DNA of 64,000 bases from Eledone cirrhosa (lineage: Eukaryota). A model generated the notes under the pieces. The model saw nothing but the letters and a program-made list of their open reading frames with translations. It searched no databases and was not told the origin of the DNA. The stretch covers positions 207,700,001-207,764,000 of the forward strand of contig OZ024743.1 in NCBI GenBank assembly GCA_964016885.1, read 5' to 3'. The position numbers were made by a program, and so were the translations under genes. Of this stretch, positions 1 to 13,523 are shown piece by piece (the first letter of the stretch is position 1; each line of letters begins with the position of its first letter).

Positions 1-1006
1 TTGTTTTCTGTTGCCTAGACAATTATCATTAGTTAATTAATATATTTTATATTTACTGTATTAATTGTTTAAATGTTCATTACAAATTTCCATTAATAGG
101 TCTGTTGGATTTTCTTTTAGAAAACACTTTTTATTTACATATTTTATCCAATGGGAAAAAAATCTTATCTGAATTTTAAAATATTTTTGTATTTCTTCTT
201 GTTATTTTCCTTGAATATCTGTATATTCATATACATCCTGCCGAGCCTCACCCAGGGGCCTGCTCTGGGATGGGTAATGGTTTGTTATGACACATTTTTC
301 CAGCTCCATAAATAACTGATTGTTACAAAATATATAATGGATAAAGTGCACCCTTTTGGGCAATTATTATTATTGCTACAAACTTTTTTTCCCTTAATCA
401 TTTATTTCAGCAGTATATACATTTTAAATATTTTTTGTTATTAAATGTTTACTATATTATATATTCTATTTTAAATAAATATGTATATATAATCAATCAA
501 TCTTTAATGAGTAATTTGATATTTTCTTAGAGTTTAGATTTTAAAAATAAAAACTCTTAGAATTTTTTTATGTTTTTCAACATTTTGTTAAGTGAAGTAG
601 CTTTAAATTTTCTTTAAAAATCTCTCAAGTTGATCACTGTAAAATCACTATGTTTATTACAGTGAAATTATTGATCTCAGAAGCAAAGGTTTGTATTTCA
701 TCTCAGGAAATCTAGCTGCTGTCTCACTTTAATTTTATTTAAATGTATGCATATGTGTATATTTGTTTGTAACTTTTTTTGTTTAATTTTATTGTTTAGC
801 CCCAGGTCAAATCTAATAGAGTAGACCTTTGATCAAAGACGTTCTTACCATGATTATACTGTCATGTCTTTTGATTTCTTTTGCAGGCAGTGTAAACTAC
901 ATCATTTAATATAATTTAAACAGATCTAAGATTAAAAACATTACATTGATTCTTTTTATTTTCCTAGATATTTTATATAAAATATGTAGGACTACATTGT
1001 CTAATG

Positions 1007-1320
1007 CAGGGGTGTGGAACAGGCGGCCAGCAGGCCACAATCCGGCCCGCCAGACCAGTCAGAGTGGTCCGCGATGACCGTTTTTAACCTTGGAGGCTTA
1101 TTTAGAATTTTTTTCATAACCGTAATACAATTTTCTGTTAGTTGACCTATACTTAAAGGGCTTCACTGATAGGGTTATGTGTGTTATAATTTCCCAGTTC
1201 CATGTTATGGAAAGAAGGTGTGATGAATCTTTGGAATAGTGCTTAATAAATATTCATGGCTCTAATAGTTGTTCCAATGTTCAAAAGTGGCCCGCCAATG
1301 GAATATGTTGCACACCCCTG
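1007..1320. mobile_element. Non-autonomous hAT (Charlie-like) MITE
   Basis: 15-bp TIRs CAGGGGTGTGGAACA / TGTTGCACACCCCTG (1 mismatch); degenerate 8-bp TSD gtctaatg/ggctaata; subterminal GGCCCGC motifs. Confidence 0.8.
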
Positions 1321-1956
1321 GGCTAATATATTCTTTCTTTTGTTTGAAATATTAGGGTGGGATCTCAGGCTTAGACATTTCTAACAGGTTGAGCTCTACA
1401 TAGAACCTCATTTGTTAACCCAGTTGCTAATTTGTTGTATTTGAAACTTTGATCTTCATTGGTAAATATTTTAATGGATGTTTGTATAAAGAAACATTTT
1501 AATCAATATTATTTTGAAGTTCAAGTCATAAGTTTACAATATGTCTGTTGGATTTAAATTTCTATTTTACATTTTACTTTCCTCAAAAGTATTAGAGGGA
1601 GGCTCTGGCACCCCTTGTGGTGTGTAACTGATTGACACACTTAGTGTTGAATTGATGGGTTTTTTTCACTTTGTTTTTATATTTTTGTGTTACATTTATA
1701 AGGTTCCATGAATTCTATTTTTATGTGAAATTTGATAATTATACAAAGTGGAGATGTTTTTCAACCATTTGATCGAGTGACTGACACGATATGGAAGGTG
1801 TAGGCCTTGTGCCTAAAGTAGAAACAATTATTGAATTTTTTATGAATTCTTATTCATCAATAATTTTCTTTCAATTAGAAATTAATCTTTTCCATTAGAG
1901 AGTTGTGTACAAGTATCTAAATGTTTAAAGCATATCAGAAGAACTTAAGCATACTC

Positions 1957-2013
1957 CATATTCCTTACTTAACCATATTCCTTACTTAACCATGTTCCTT
2001 ACTTAACCATATT
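1957..2013. repeat. 17-bp tandem repeat (ccatattccttacttaa) x3
   Basis: Direct repeats visible. Confidence 0.8.
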
Positions 2014-2141
2014 CATATTTTAATTAAATAATGAGGCTTAAGAAACAAATATTGGTTCCTCTAAATTCCTCACCTCTTTACATAATTCCCGTATTATTAA
2101 GCAGTTTTTAAAAACTCTAAACTAGTACTTATAATATGTTT

Positions 2142-2352
2142 GGGCAGTGGGTTGGCAGTAATCGGTGGAGTATCGGATAACATGCTTTATGGCATAGCCC
2201 TTTACATTCTGAGCTCAAATCCTGCAGAAGTTAGTTTCACCTTTCATCCTTACAGGGTCAATAAAATAAAGTACCAGTAATGCATTGGGGTCACTTTAAT
2301 CAACTTCCCCCTTCCTCAAATTATTGGCTTTGTGTCTAAATCAGAAACCATT
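2142..2352 (+). mobile_element. tRNA-derived SINE, family A
   Basis: A-box-like TGGCAGTAATCGG, degenerate B box, and central CCTTTCATCCTT..GGGTC.ATAAAATAAAGTACCAG shared by more than 10 copies in the window. Confidence 0.8.
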
Positions 2353-2767
2353 ATATGTTCTAACTAACTTGTTATTAATGTCTTCAGTCAATTTTCTCTA
2401 CTTTTATTACCCATCATTAACTGTATGATAGGACAAAATACTTTGGGAATCAATAATGTGCAGAAGATAATCAAATATAATTACTAGAATTACAAGAAAC
2501 CAAAGACATTAGCAGGGATCATTAGAGTAATGGCAAAACAAATCAGAGTTTTATGAGATGAATGTCTTAGCTTTACTTTCACTCACACCACTGCAGTGAA
2601 TGTCTTTACTTTCACCCACAACACTGCTGTCAAATATTTTGACCAAACTTAAGCCTACAGATACTAAGTTATCATTAGTAATCTACTTCATAATAATTCA
2701 AGGCATAGTATGTAACTTTTCTGTTGAATTAAAATATATAAAGAAATATAACATAGTTGACATTATG

Positions 2768-3015
2768 AAGAGCATCCAGCTGTAGAAACCAAGCCAAAAT
2801 ACAGTTTTGTAGATGATGTTGTGAAGGACATCCAGCTGTAGAAACCAAACCAAAATAGCTTTTTGTAGTTGATGTTGTGAAGGGCATCCAGCTGTAGAAA
2901 CCAAGCCAAAATACAGATTTGTATGAGCAAGACGTGATCTCCAGACCCAACTTGTCTCATAATGACAACCTATCCAATCCATGCTAGTGCAGCTTAAAAA
3001 TGATGTTGATGATGT
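2768..3015 (+). mobile_element. RTE-type 3' UTR relic with ~58-bp internal triplication and degenerate (GAT)n tail
   Basis: catccagctgtagaaaccaa occurs x3 and matches the 3' UTR of the RTE copy at 29947-30326. Confidence 0.65.
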
Positions 3016-3305
3016 TTCAATGCAGACAACTGGTTTTTCCTTTAAATCAGTCATATTTAAAAACAAATACATTAATATATTTTATTTATTTATATTTTAA
3101 TGTAATTTGTTTGCAGAAGTGTTTCAAGTAAATATGACCACCATTTATTTATTTATTTATTTATTCAATTTAAACGTCCATATAGAGTTAGTAAGCCATG
3201 GCAGACTAGGGGAAGTATTGAGTACTTCTTACAGTTGGTGATCAAAATGAGTTAGTTATACAAGTAATACAAAAGGAAAAAAATAAAATAAAAATAAAAT
3301 TTCAA

Positions 3306-3494
3306 ATAATTGTTTCTGCTTTAGGCACAAGGCCAGCAATTACCCAGTGCATTACTGGTACTTTATTTTATCGACCCCGTAAGGATGAAAGGCAAAGTCA
3401 ACCTCGGCGGGATTTGAACTCAGATCGTAAAGGGATGTAACTATGCTGGAAAGCATGGCGTCCGACTCTCTACCGATACTGCCAATCCACTGCC
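3306..3494 (-). mobile_element. tRNA-derived SINE, family A (young copy)
   Basis: B box GTTCAAATCC on minus strand; about 4 differences from the copy at 58724-58913. Confidence 0.85.
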
Positions 3495-3671
3495 TTAAAT
3501 AAAATTTCAAATAATGAAGGCCAACATAATTCTTTAACACATAACATTAGATTTTTAAACAACCTGATTTAACCTAACATTTCAAAATTTGGTACACTTG
3601 AATTATTTTAACAACAACATCGAAGTTAAGTCTGTGTAGAATACATGCATTATTTGAAAGGAAAAGAGCAC

Positions 3672-3888
3672 TGGATTGGCAGTAGAATCGGTAGAGCATT
3701 GGGCAACATGCTTTGTGGCATAGAATTATGGCCCTATATTTTCTGAGTCAAATCTCACCACGGTTAGCTTTTCTTTTCATCCTTATGGTGTTGATAAAAT
3801 AAAGTACCAGTAACACACTGGGGTCGTTTTAATCAACTTTCTCCTCCCTTAAAATTGTTGGCCTTGTGCTTAAATCAGAAATCATTAT
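3672..3888 (+). mobile_element. tRNA-derived SINE, family A
   Basis: Same head, core and tail as other copies. Confidence 0.8.
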
Positions 3889-4149
3889 TTCAAAGGAAAT
3901 TCTTCATTATTGTAAAATAAAGTAATGAAATACTGAAAGTTCTTGGTACGGTAAATATTTGATATCTGTGACTTATTTTTTTTCTTCTTTAGAAGTATTT
4001 TGGAGTTTTAAGAGTTTGTCTTTATAAGATTTATAATATAAATAATATCTTGAATACATTTGATAGCAGAATATATAATGATTAGGGTGTGATTTGTGAG
4101 ATTTTGGCTGCTATTTCTTGCAGGATGAGTGGCCATATAAAAAGTTCCA

Positions 4150-5620
4150 AATTGTAATGTCATTGCCATTGTGTTAATCTCTAGCCATTTGTTGCTTTCC
4201 CTAGTCATCTAGTTGATGCTGTCCAGTATTCTGAGACCAGCCATCCCTATGTTTGTCTTGGTATTCTTCCTCCAAAGGTGTCTTTTGTTTGGATTATCAT
4301 GTATTTCTTTATGCAACTGTTCGTGTATTTCTTTATGCATACTGCAGATAATTCCTTTTATACCCAATTTTTCTCTCCACTCATTTGTACCATGTTGTTT
4401 AAACACATTCACTTTACACACCCAATAAAGCATATGTGCTTCATTTTATTCCAGCCTACGTACACTCTCTATATCCAGTCTCCCTATCTCACTCCTGTGA
4501 AATATTGCACTTCATACACAAGTATTATAAAATTTTCCCTCCATTCAAAGAGAGAATCCTTTTGTTACCAGCAGAGGTAATAGCTCCTTTCTGTCAAATA
4601 TGATTTCAGAATACCTACCTCTACTGTTGATTAAATCACCCAGGTGTCCGAAGTTCTCAGCTCCTTTCTGTTCATTATGTTTTTAGAATACCTGCCTCTA
4701 CTATTGATTAAATCATCTAGGTGTCGGAAGCTGTCACCTACTTCTAGAGAAGCTTCAGAACATTTGAAAGAATTCATTTCATGGATGCTCTTACTGTTAA
4801 CTGCTCCTGTGCATCTGATACATACAAAGTCCTCCTCTATCTATATGCTTGTGATCTCACTGCATTTCTTGTGTCTATGTTGAGAACACTGTATGGAATT
4901 CCTACCTACACCTTTTCTGCATGAACACTTCCCCCATGGCAGTAAAGCTCTTTGTTTTTGCCAGGTTAACTTTAGCCCTTTAGCATTTGAACCGGCCATA
5001 TCTGGCCAGAATTTTCTCACCTTTTTCAGTTCAAACCGGCTGTAACTGACCACTCATACCGATGTTAAGGTATCGTTCGAAAAATATATTATATCAAAAT
5101 CTCATAGTTTAGATATTATGTGAGATAATTATGTAAGATAAAGCCTTTTTTGTGAAAATACAATAGTAAATATAGGGTAATGCAAATGCTAAAGGGTTAA
5201 ACGCTCTTGATTCTAGACTTTGTATCAATGTTCAGAATTTCTTTTCTAATTTTTTGACAGATTCAACTATGAGAACTAAGTCATCTACATAGAGAGGTTT
5301 CCACAGAGAACTAGTCTTAAACTCCTATGTAATGGACTAGAACAGTAATTAACAGAAAGGGGCTGAGGACCTGATACACACATACTTGCACTCTAAATTC
5401 TTCACTGAATTAATTGCCATCTCCCACATTACCGTCCACGGTTTACACATCTCTCACAAGAAATCTACTCCTAGTTTCTTTAGTAACCACCAAACTACAG
5501 AGTGAGGGACTCCAACAAAGGCCTCTTTCAAGTTAATGACTGCTGCTATATATAGTGAATTTCTCTTAAAGAACTTCTCTTGTAGTTGTCTCACAAGGAA
5601 GAATGTATTAGTGCCCTTGG
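4150..5620 (-). pseudogene. Decayed RTE LINE reverse transcriptase remnant
   Basis: Fragments [12 protein letters not shown] and REKLGIKGI are homologous to the RTE ORF at 26643-28684; many stops and indels; boundaries approximate. Confidence 0.7.
4976..5196. mobile_element. piggyBac-like MITE nested in the RTE remnant
   Basis: TIRs CCCTTTAGCATTTG / CAAATGCTAAAGGG, flanked by ttag and TTAA. Confidence 0.8.
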
Positions 5621-5689
5621 CTCAAACTCCATATCATCTTATCCATCTAATTGTTATTTGTACTATAACTCTCTCTCTCTCTCTCCTCC

Positions 5690-5815
5690 AAAGTAAAACT
5701 GGTGTAATATTCACCTCCAAAGTGAAACCGGTGTAATATTCACCTCCAACGTGAAACCGGTGTAATATTCACCTCCAAAGTGAAAACGATGTAATATTCA
5801 CACCCAAAGTGAAAA
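5690..5815. repeat. 29-bp tandem repeat (aaagtgaaaccggtgtaatattcacctcc) about x4
   Basis: Direct repeats visible. Confidence 0.8.
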
Positions 5816-6237
5816 TAATTTAGCTCAATTTTGAAGTTGGTGAAAATCAGCAAAATATTGACCTCCCTTTTACCATCAGTTTTTTTTCTCCCATATTTCT
5901 CAGCTTATATACGAATATATAGAGCAATTTTAATGACTAGCTTGGCCATCAAATAGTCAGATGTATCCAACAATTGGTGAATATTCCCTTCAGATATTGA
6001 AAATTGTTAATGGCATTAGTAGTAAAAGGAAATATCTACGAGAGATGAAACACATAAGAAGCCTGTTTGGGATTTAAATCCACTCAAAAGGTTTCACATC
6101 TGAACAAATATCACAAAAGTGTCTTCCATTTTACTTATTTTTGTGTGTATGTTTTGTACCATTGTCTGTTTATTTTCTGGTCTGCTATTTGGGAAGAATA
6201 TTTTCATAAAAACCATTCTAATTTATGAATTACTTAA

Positions 6238-6502
6238 CCCTTTAGCATTAAAACCGGTCATATCTGGCCAGAACTCTGTCACTTCTTCCTGTTCAAACCA
6301 GCTGTAACTGGCCTGTTCTCAAAATATAAAATAACACCATCAAAATCTCGTAGATTCGATATTATGTCAGATAATTATGTGAGATAAAGCCTTTACCATG
6401 AAAATACAATAGTAAATATAGAGTAATGTAAATACTATGTGAAGTAAAGCTTTTACTGTGAAAATACAGTAGTGTATATAGAGTAATGTAAATGCTAAAG
6501 GG
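6238..6502. mobile_element. piggyBac-like MITE
   Basis: TTAA|CCCTTTAGCATT ... AATGCTAAAGGG|TTAA; internal ~60-bp duplication. Confidence 0.85.
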
Positions 6503-7235
6503 TTAAAGCTCTTGAAACTCATGGAAAGTACAAAACACACTATAACTGCAGCACCTTAAAAATTAATGTCTTGATTCTAATTCTGCAAGTTTTCATGACT
6601 ATTTCTCTATTATGAAATATATATCGATATTTGAATTACAAACCAATATTTTTTATAAAGACATTTTCTGTGAAATCATTACAGGATGTTAAGAATTAAT
6701 GTTTAATTATTTGTTTATATTCTTCACTGAAACAGGAGCAGCACCACTGAATATACTTCATAGTTTATAGTAATCATCATCATCATCATCATATATAGTA
6801 ATGTTTGTGAAAATATTGTATAAATGAAGAAATATAAAAGTTCATCATCATTAATGAAGTTGAATTATCAGTGTATGATTTGCATTTGTTATTTGTTCAT
6901 TTTAAAAGAACTTATCTATATTTGTACATAAGATGTGTTTTCTTATAAATCTGGACCCCTATGATTTTTCTGGGGATTTGTTAAATCTTTTTTTTTAATT
7001 AAAAACAAACAAAAAATCAACCTTAAATGCTGTTTTAGCTGATTTTCTTGTTCTTTGTTCCAGTCGATTTCATTGGAGGATTTGACTCCTATACCTCCTA
7101 TCAGTCACAGGGCAAAGGCTCCCACATGCAGCTGCAACCCTTGTACTCGTATGTAGTTCTAAGATACTTGTCTCTTCCACCAGTGGCATCCCCTTAACTT
7201 ATTAAACAATCCTTTTCCACTATCCATTTCTCTTG

Positions 7236-7270
<35 letters not shown>

Positions 7271-8285
7271 CTTTTTTTGTCTTGTCTTGTTTGACTAAAT
7301 TTCAACTTTTGTTTGTTTGTGGGCAGCCATGTTAACCTTTTTATATTGTTGAGTAAATTGTTGAGGCGGCCATATTAACCCTTTTATATATTGATCAGTA
7401 AATTGTTGTTTTTTGGTTGTTGGTTATCTGTTATAAAGGAAGCCTAAGGCCCACAGATAGTCAGGGAAATTATAAGGTACAACAGACAGATCTGTTGTTC
7501 CAGATGTACTATACCTACATCTGGCTGAGAAACTAGCTGTAGATGTAGTATAGGATGCAGAGTGACAGTCTGGATGTGTTGGATAAAGTTATAGGACATA
7601 TAGAAGGTTATGGCTGAAGAGAAATGTCCAGTTGGGGTCAGTAGTAGGCGGTGAGTCAGTGTTGACCAACCTCAGTTGGGTCACCTGGGTAATGGTGGTT
7701 ATGTTGTAAGACCTGAAACGCCCAGTGACCCCATAATACAACACTAGTAATGTGTCCAAAATTTTACATCTGAGGATGAAGGTGACTATTTTGTAAGACC
7801 TGAAGCACCCAATGACTCCAGGATACAACACAGAGAGCAGAGTAAGGGAGCACTGTCTTGATAACGACCAGAGTCAGAAATGATGATCATCGTCGACAGT
7901 TACCCACCTTTGCTTCTGTTGGAATCTGCTACGTGGTGCAGATCCAAAATTCGTCATCAGTATCCAAAATTCATAGCTGAAGGCTTTCAAAATATTTATT
8001 CATAAACATACCGCATATCATGAGATATATAAAATATCCTATGTTCCTTTAATTCCATCATATATTCCCTTATTCAGTAAATAGTTTTGGGTTATTGTTT
8101 TTGTTTTGAAGGAGGCATGCAAAGGGAAATCTGGCAGCCCATAATGGATGTTTGTCTTCTATTAATTTTTTTTTTTAACTAATTTGTTGCATGAGACATG
8201 CTCTTTGTCCCACGCTGCTCTCTAAGGTAGCCTGCCTTGTAAACCAAAAATATAATTTTTCCTCCAATCTTTACAATACTGAAAT

Positions 8286-8687
8286 TTGATCCTATCTTCA
8301 AATCATCTACTAAGCCCCGTTTACTTAAATACTTGACCCTATATTTTCACCTTCTACCAAGCCCCCTTCACTGATATACTTGGTCCTATTTTCTTACCTA
8401 CCAAGCCCCCTAAAATGATGTACTTGGCCCTATCTACTCACCACCTACCAAGCCCTCTTCAATGATGTACTTGACCCTGTCTTTTCCCCTTTTACCAAGC
8501 TCCCTTCACGGAAAAAACTGACCCTATCTTCTCACCTTCTACCAAGCCCCCTTCACAGAAGAAACTGACCTTATATTCTCACCTTCTACCAAGCCCCCTT
8601 TACTGATGTATTTGACCCTATCTACTCCCCTTTCTACCAAGCCCCCTTCACTGAAGAAACTGAAGTACTTGACCCTATCTTCTCACA
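8286..8687. repeat. ~47-bp minisatellite, about 8.5 copies
   Basis: Unit ctaccaagcccccttcactgatgtacttgaccctatcttctcacctt. Confidence 0.85.
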
Positions 8688-9052
8688 TGTATGCTACAAT
8701 CATCAACATACATGTTTCAAATCAAAGCTAGTATAATGTTGGATTATCTCTTAACCTCGCTACCACTGCATTAACACCTACAACTGCATGTTTCTTTGTT
8801 TTCATAGTTAATATTTAAAGCTGACTGATGAAGGTATCTTGGGATATTATTCTGTGACTTGAAACTAACTTTCACATTTCTCCTGAGAAATCTCTTTTGT
8901 TAAACAGATACTAAAACATATTCTTATTTTCTGAGTTTTTATTAATAAATCTGCCTATTCATGTACAATAATAGTTGTAGTGGTGTAACAGTGGTAGAGG
9001 TAATGGTGTAGACTAAATACTTTAGAATATATTTTCCCCCCACCCCATCTAT

Positions 9053-9253
9053 GCATTTAAACTGGCCATATCCAGCCAGAATTCCCTCACCTCTTTCTGT
9101 TCAAACCAGCTGTAACTGGTCACCCATAATGATCTTAAGGTATTGTTCTAAAAATAATATCAAGATCTTGTAGATTTGATATTAAGCGAGATAAAGCCTT
9201 TACCATGAAAATATAATAGTATATATAGAATAATGTAAATGCTAAAGGATTAA
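9053..9253. mobile_element. piggyBac-like MITE, left end degraded
   Basis: Homologous to 4976-5196; ends aatgctaaaggattaa. Confidence 0.7.
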
Positions 9254-9856
9254 TTCAAATTCTAAGATCACATTTCTAGTGATGTTAATTTTAGTTTATC
9301 ATGTTTTATATTGGCAATCCCTCAGTATTATTGTTTTGAAGTTTTAATATCCAGTTTTGATTCTATCATCAATATTAAGGTCTGTTTACATATTAAATGA
9401 AAAACTTTAGCCCAGATTATCAAGTTAAATTCTCATCCCGGTTAAAACAATAGAATTTTGACCCTCCAGAACTAAATTCAAAATTCTTACATATTAATTA
9501 ATAGTTTATTTGATTTTTATATTTATCAATCCATTCTCTTTGAGAATTTATCCTCTTTTTCCTATTTCCTCATCTTCTGACCTCTCCTTTAGAAGAAACA
9601 CCTCTCAATTAATTGTACTCTATGCTTCTATGACCAACTTACCTGTCCTTCATGCATGGTTTCCAAGCAAATATTATAGAGTAGAGATAAGCTGTTAGAT
9701 AAGTTGAGTCTGTTTAATCAGTTGATATTGCCATTTGTAGCTAGCGCCAGTCATTTTATTTCACTTATGTTGCTGATGTCTCTTAAGAAATGGCATGCAC
9801 ATCACAATCTTATTCGCAGATCCTGCCATACATATGCAGCCTTATGTCAATGTAAA

Positions 9857-9905
<49 letters not shown>

Positions 9906-10007
9906 CATGGTCTTAGCTAATCTGTGCTTTACCTTTAATCAAAAATGAATGAACTTTTGATATATGTAACCTCTCTTTCTTTCTCTCTCTCTCTCTCTCT
10001 CTGATAT

Positions 10008-10364
10008 ATATTGTTATGCTGCCAATAAAAACACACACACCAATTGAGTTTCACTTCAATTTATTTTGATTTTCTATCAATTAGTTTAATAACCATAGAG
10101 TTGTTAATTGTCAAAGCTCTTTTGTCACACATTCTGTGACTGATCCACTGACTAATTTATTTTCTGTCTCCTCTTTGTTCTGTTTTACACCATCTTATCT
10201 TTAATAACTAAACAACTTTGGTTATTAAACTAATTGATGGGAAATTATAATAAATTGAAGTGAAATGCAACTGGTGCATGGGTTTTTATTGGCAGCATGA
10301 CCCTACCAAAGTATGTTTCTACACGTTTTCACATCCAAAATCTTAAAAAACAAATTCAAAAATG
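10008..10364. mobile_element. Asymmetric foldback element, family F1 (older copy)
   Basis: Inverted arms about 10016-10105 / 10213-10299 plus right tail; both termini match the copy at 38633-38939. Confidence 0.65.
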
Positions 10365-10379
10365 AAGTGTGTGTATATG

Positions 10380-10419
<40 letters not shown>

Positions 10420-10433
10420 CATATATGTGTAAA

Positions 10434-10740
10434 TGAAGTATTTCCGTCGGAAAGGTACAGGAAAAAAGAGTGCTCTATGTAGGCTACAGAGCTTATTAGT
10501 TATGTAATCAACAACATAAGATAATTATTTCATTTACCAGTGGTTCCTGAAGACAGATGTTGTATCTGTCTTCAGTTGTCAGAATAAATAAAAAACATGG
10601 TGTTTTTATTTCAAATCCATATTTAATAAAAACACCATGTTTTTTATTCATTCTGACGACTGAAGACAGATAGAACATCAGTCTTCAAGAAGCCACTGGT
10701 AAATGAAATAATTATCTTATGTTGTTGATTACATAACTAT
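10434..10740. mobile_element. Asymmetric foldback element, family F2, with hammerhead relics in both arms
   Basis: ~113-bp inverted arms (10497-10739) plus left tail; same family as 47453-47603; flanked by TA repeats. Confidence 0.75.
10647..10707 (+). ncRNA. Degenerate type I hammerhead ribozyme
   Basis: Stem I TTCATT/AATGAA, CTGACGA, long stem II, GAAG instead of GAAA, stem III CCA-C-TGG, GTA site. Confidence 0.6.
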
Positions 10741-10844
10741 ATATATATATATATATACATAAATATATATACATATACATATATATATACATAAATATAT
10801 ATACATATATATATATATATGTATATATACACATATATATATAT

Positions 10845-10923
<79 letters not shown>

Positions 10924-11097
10924 TTTAGTCTGTAGCTATTTGTATATTGAATTTAATTACTTTCTTTTATTAATTTAATTTTTAATTAAGGAATCTAGAT
11001 TTCTTCCTAAAAAATAAAATGTTTAATTTATTTCTGTTCACAATTTATTGTAGAAGAAAGAAAATAATTACTTATATCAGACACAATATTTCATTGT

Positions 11098-11870
11098 ACA
11101 TCATCATTATCACCATTATATTATTGTCATCGTCATCATCATCACCATTGCCACCACCATCACCACAACCACCATCACCACCATTAGCACCACCGCCATC
11201 ACAACCACAACTGCTACCAATACCACTACAACCACCAACAACACCATCACCATCATTACCACCACTGCCACCATCACCACCACAACCTCCATCACCATTG
11301 CCACCATCTCCACTGCCACCATCACCACCACAGCCACCATCACCAACACCATCATCACCACCACAACCTCCACCACCATTACCATCATTACCACCACCAC
11401 CACCATCACCACTGCCACCATCACAACCACCACCACCACCACCACTGCCACCATCACAACCATCACCACCACCACAACCTCCATCACCATTACCACCACC
11501 ATCACTCCTGCCACCATCAAAACCACAACCTCCACCATCACCATCACAACCACCACCACCATCACCGCCACAACCTCCACCACCAACACCATCATTTCCA
11601 CCACCATCACTCCTGCCACCATCACAACCACAACCCCCACCACATCCACCACATCTACAACACCATCACCATCATTACCACCACCATCATTACCACCACC
11701 ACCATCACTCCTGCCACCATCACAACCACCACCACCATCACCACCACGCCTTCCACCACCAACACCATCATCACCATCATTACCACCACCACCATCACCA
11801 CTGCCACCAACACCACCACCACCAACATCACAACCACCAACACCACCATCACCATCACCACTATTAACAT
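11098..11870. repeat. Cryptic (CAC/CAT/CAA)n trinucleotide repeat
   Basis: Low complexity; the Pro/His/Gly/Val ORFs are artefacts of it. Confidence 0.9.
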
Positions 11871-11902
11871 CATACAATGTTTTATAATTCTAATATCATA
11901 AA

Positions 11903-13026
11903 CAAGCAGAGGTACCCGGCGTTGCTCGGGTATTAAATAGCAGTTATGTATACCATTTATGTCAATACTTCAGTGCTGCTTCGAAAACTATACTTTTACA
12001 AAATCATCAGCTTTTTCCAAAAGGGGGTTTCTGCCCCCAGGGGTCCCCTACTCAATATGTGCCACTTCTGAGAGTTCACATTCATCTGTAGAACAAACGT
12101 AGCCCATGTGTCAAGTTTTGTGAAAATCGGTTGCGAACTCCAGAAGTTATGACGTTTTGTTGCATTGCACTGCAGTTCTTCAGTCGACTCCAAGGAAGTG
12201 GTTAAAGGGGGTTATCTGCCTGTATATAATCAATATCTGGAAAAATGAAAGTGGCCATGACCATCCGGAGTACATAAGTAACCTATGTCTTAAGTTTGGT
12301 GAAAATGCTGTAGAAATGCATAAGGTTTACACACGCGCGCACGCGTGTCTGTGTGTGTGTAAATATTTGTGTGTACGTATGTATATGTATGTGTATGTGC
12401 GTCGGCGCATACGTATGTACTGGCCTAAATCTTCACTATTTTCTTTTACTATTTTAAGGCAAAGTTAAAATCCCGTCGAGGTTAACTTTGCCTTTCATCC
12501 TTACGGGGTCGATAAAATAAAGTACCAGTAATGTACTGAGTAATTGCTGGCCTTGTACCAAAAGTAGAAACAACTATTTTAATAACCTGTCATTTTCGTT
12601 TACGATTTTATTTACATCATTCTTAAACTCCGGGGCTGGAAATCATTCGGTTATTTTAAATAGTGTATTAGTCTAACGACTCCATTTACACCATAAACTT
12701 GGTCTTGTCTTTGTATGAAATTGTTCTCGGTCCACCGCGTCGTTTATACGTAACATAAATAGATAAGCAAATGACGCCATAAAAGGGAAATAACTCGTCT
12801 CTCATCTCTATTTATACATTTGAACTGAAAAATCAATACATTACAAATTCGATTTTTGCACTTTGCGTGGGTCGATTTGAAAATATTTTTGACCGATGTC
12901 TCCACCGGATCTTCATCTATGAGTGTAACAATTTCACCGAAATTTGAACATACGGTTTAGGAGGAGATGTGTGCCGAAGGTTTTAGTAGACAGACAGACA
13001 GACAATCTCAGTTTTATATATATAGA
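11903..13026 (-). mobile_element. Non-autonomous Helitron-like element (possibly composite)
   Basis: Left end has hairpin TACCCGGCGTTGCTCGGGTA next to a degenerate CTAG; right end is (CAGA)n..TATAGA, i.e. 5'-TC on minus; contains a SINE fragment at 12465-12578. Confidence 0.55.
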
Positions 13027-13523
13027 CTAGCAGAAAACCACCCGGTGGGCGGTTTCTGCTAGCAAATCTAGTGTATATACTGATATTGTTGAGATTTGGA
13101 TGAGAAATGTTTTCGGCACCACATGTTCACCGTCTCTCGGTGTGTCTTTTATGCATGTATAAATATATATGTTATCTATACGGTGAAATCTTTGAAATAA
13201 ATATATGTTAAAACGAAAAAGGAGAAAAAGAGATTAGTGGCGGAAATATAAACGTTATGATACATAAACGTTATGATATAACGATGGAAATATATAAACG
13301 TTTACGATAAAACGATGGAAATAGAAATGTTTATATATAATGATAAGCCGAAACACCCATAAGTCAAAACACTCGTAAAGCGAAACGTATAAATAAAGAT
13401 TAATGTAATGAATTTGAAAAGCATAGAGATTTGAAACCGCGTCTATTTGTTTCCTTGGCATTTTTTACAGACGGACAGACAGACAAACAAACAGAGAAAT
13501 GCCCATTATATATTATAAGTAGA
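13027..13523 (-). mobile_element. Non-autonomous Helitron-like element
   Basis: CTAG plus hairpin CTAGCAGAAA..TTTCTGCTAG at left; (CAGA)n..TAGA|T at right. Confidence 0.6.

Noticed and set aside
7064-7148. Candidate 85-nt exon (polypyrimidine-CAG .. GTATGT)
   Set aside because: Splice-like signals only; no recognisable product or partner exons.
8820-8875. CTGATGA..GAAAC hammerhead-like relic (another at 46561-46600, minus)
   Set aside because: Stems I and III and the cleavage triplet cannot be formed; at best old PLE relics.
11019-11877. Pro/His-rich 282-aa ORF and antisense Gly/Val ORFs
   Set aside because: Cryptic CAC/CAT triplet repeat; no domain or splice evidence.
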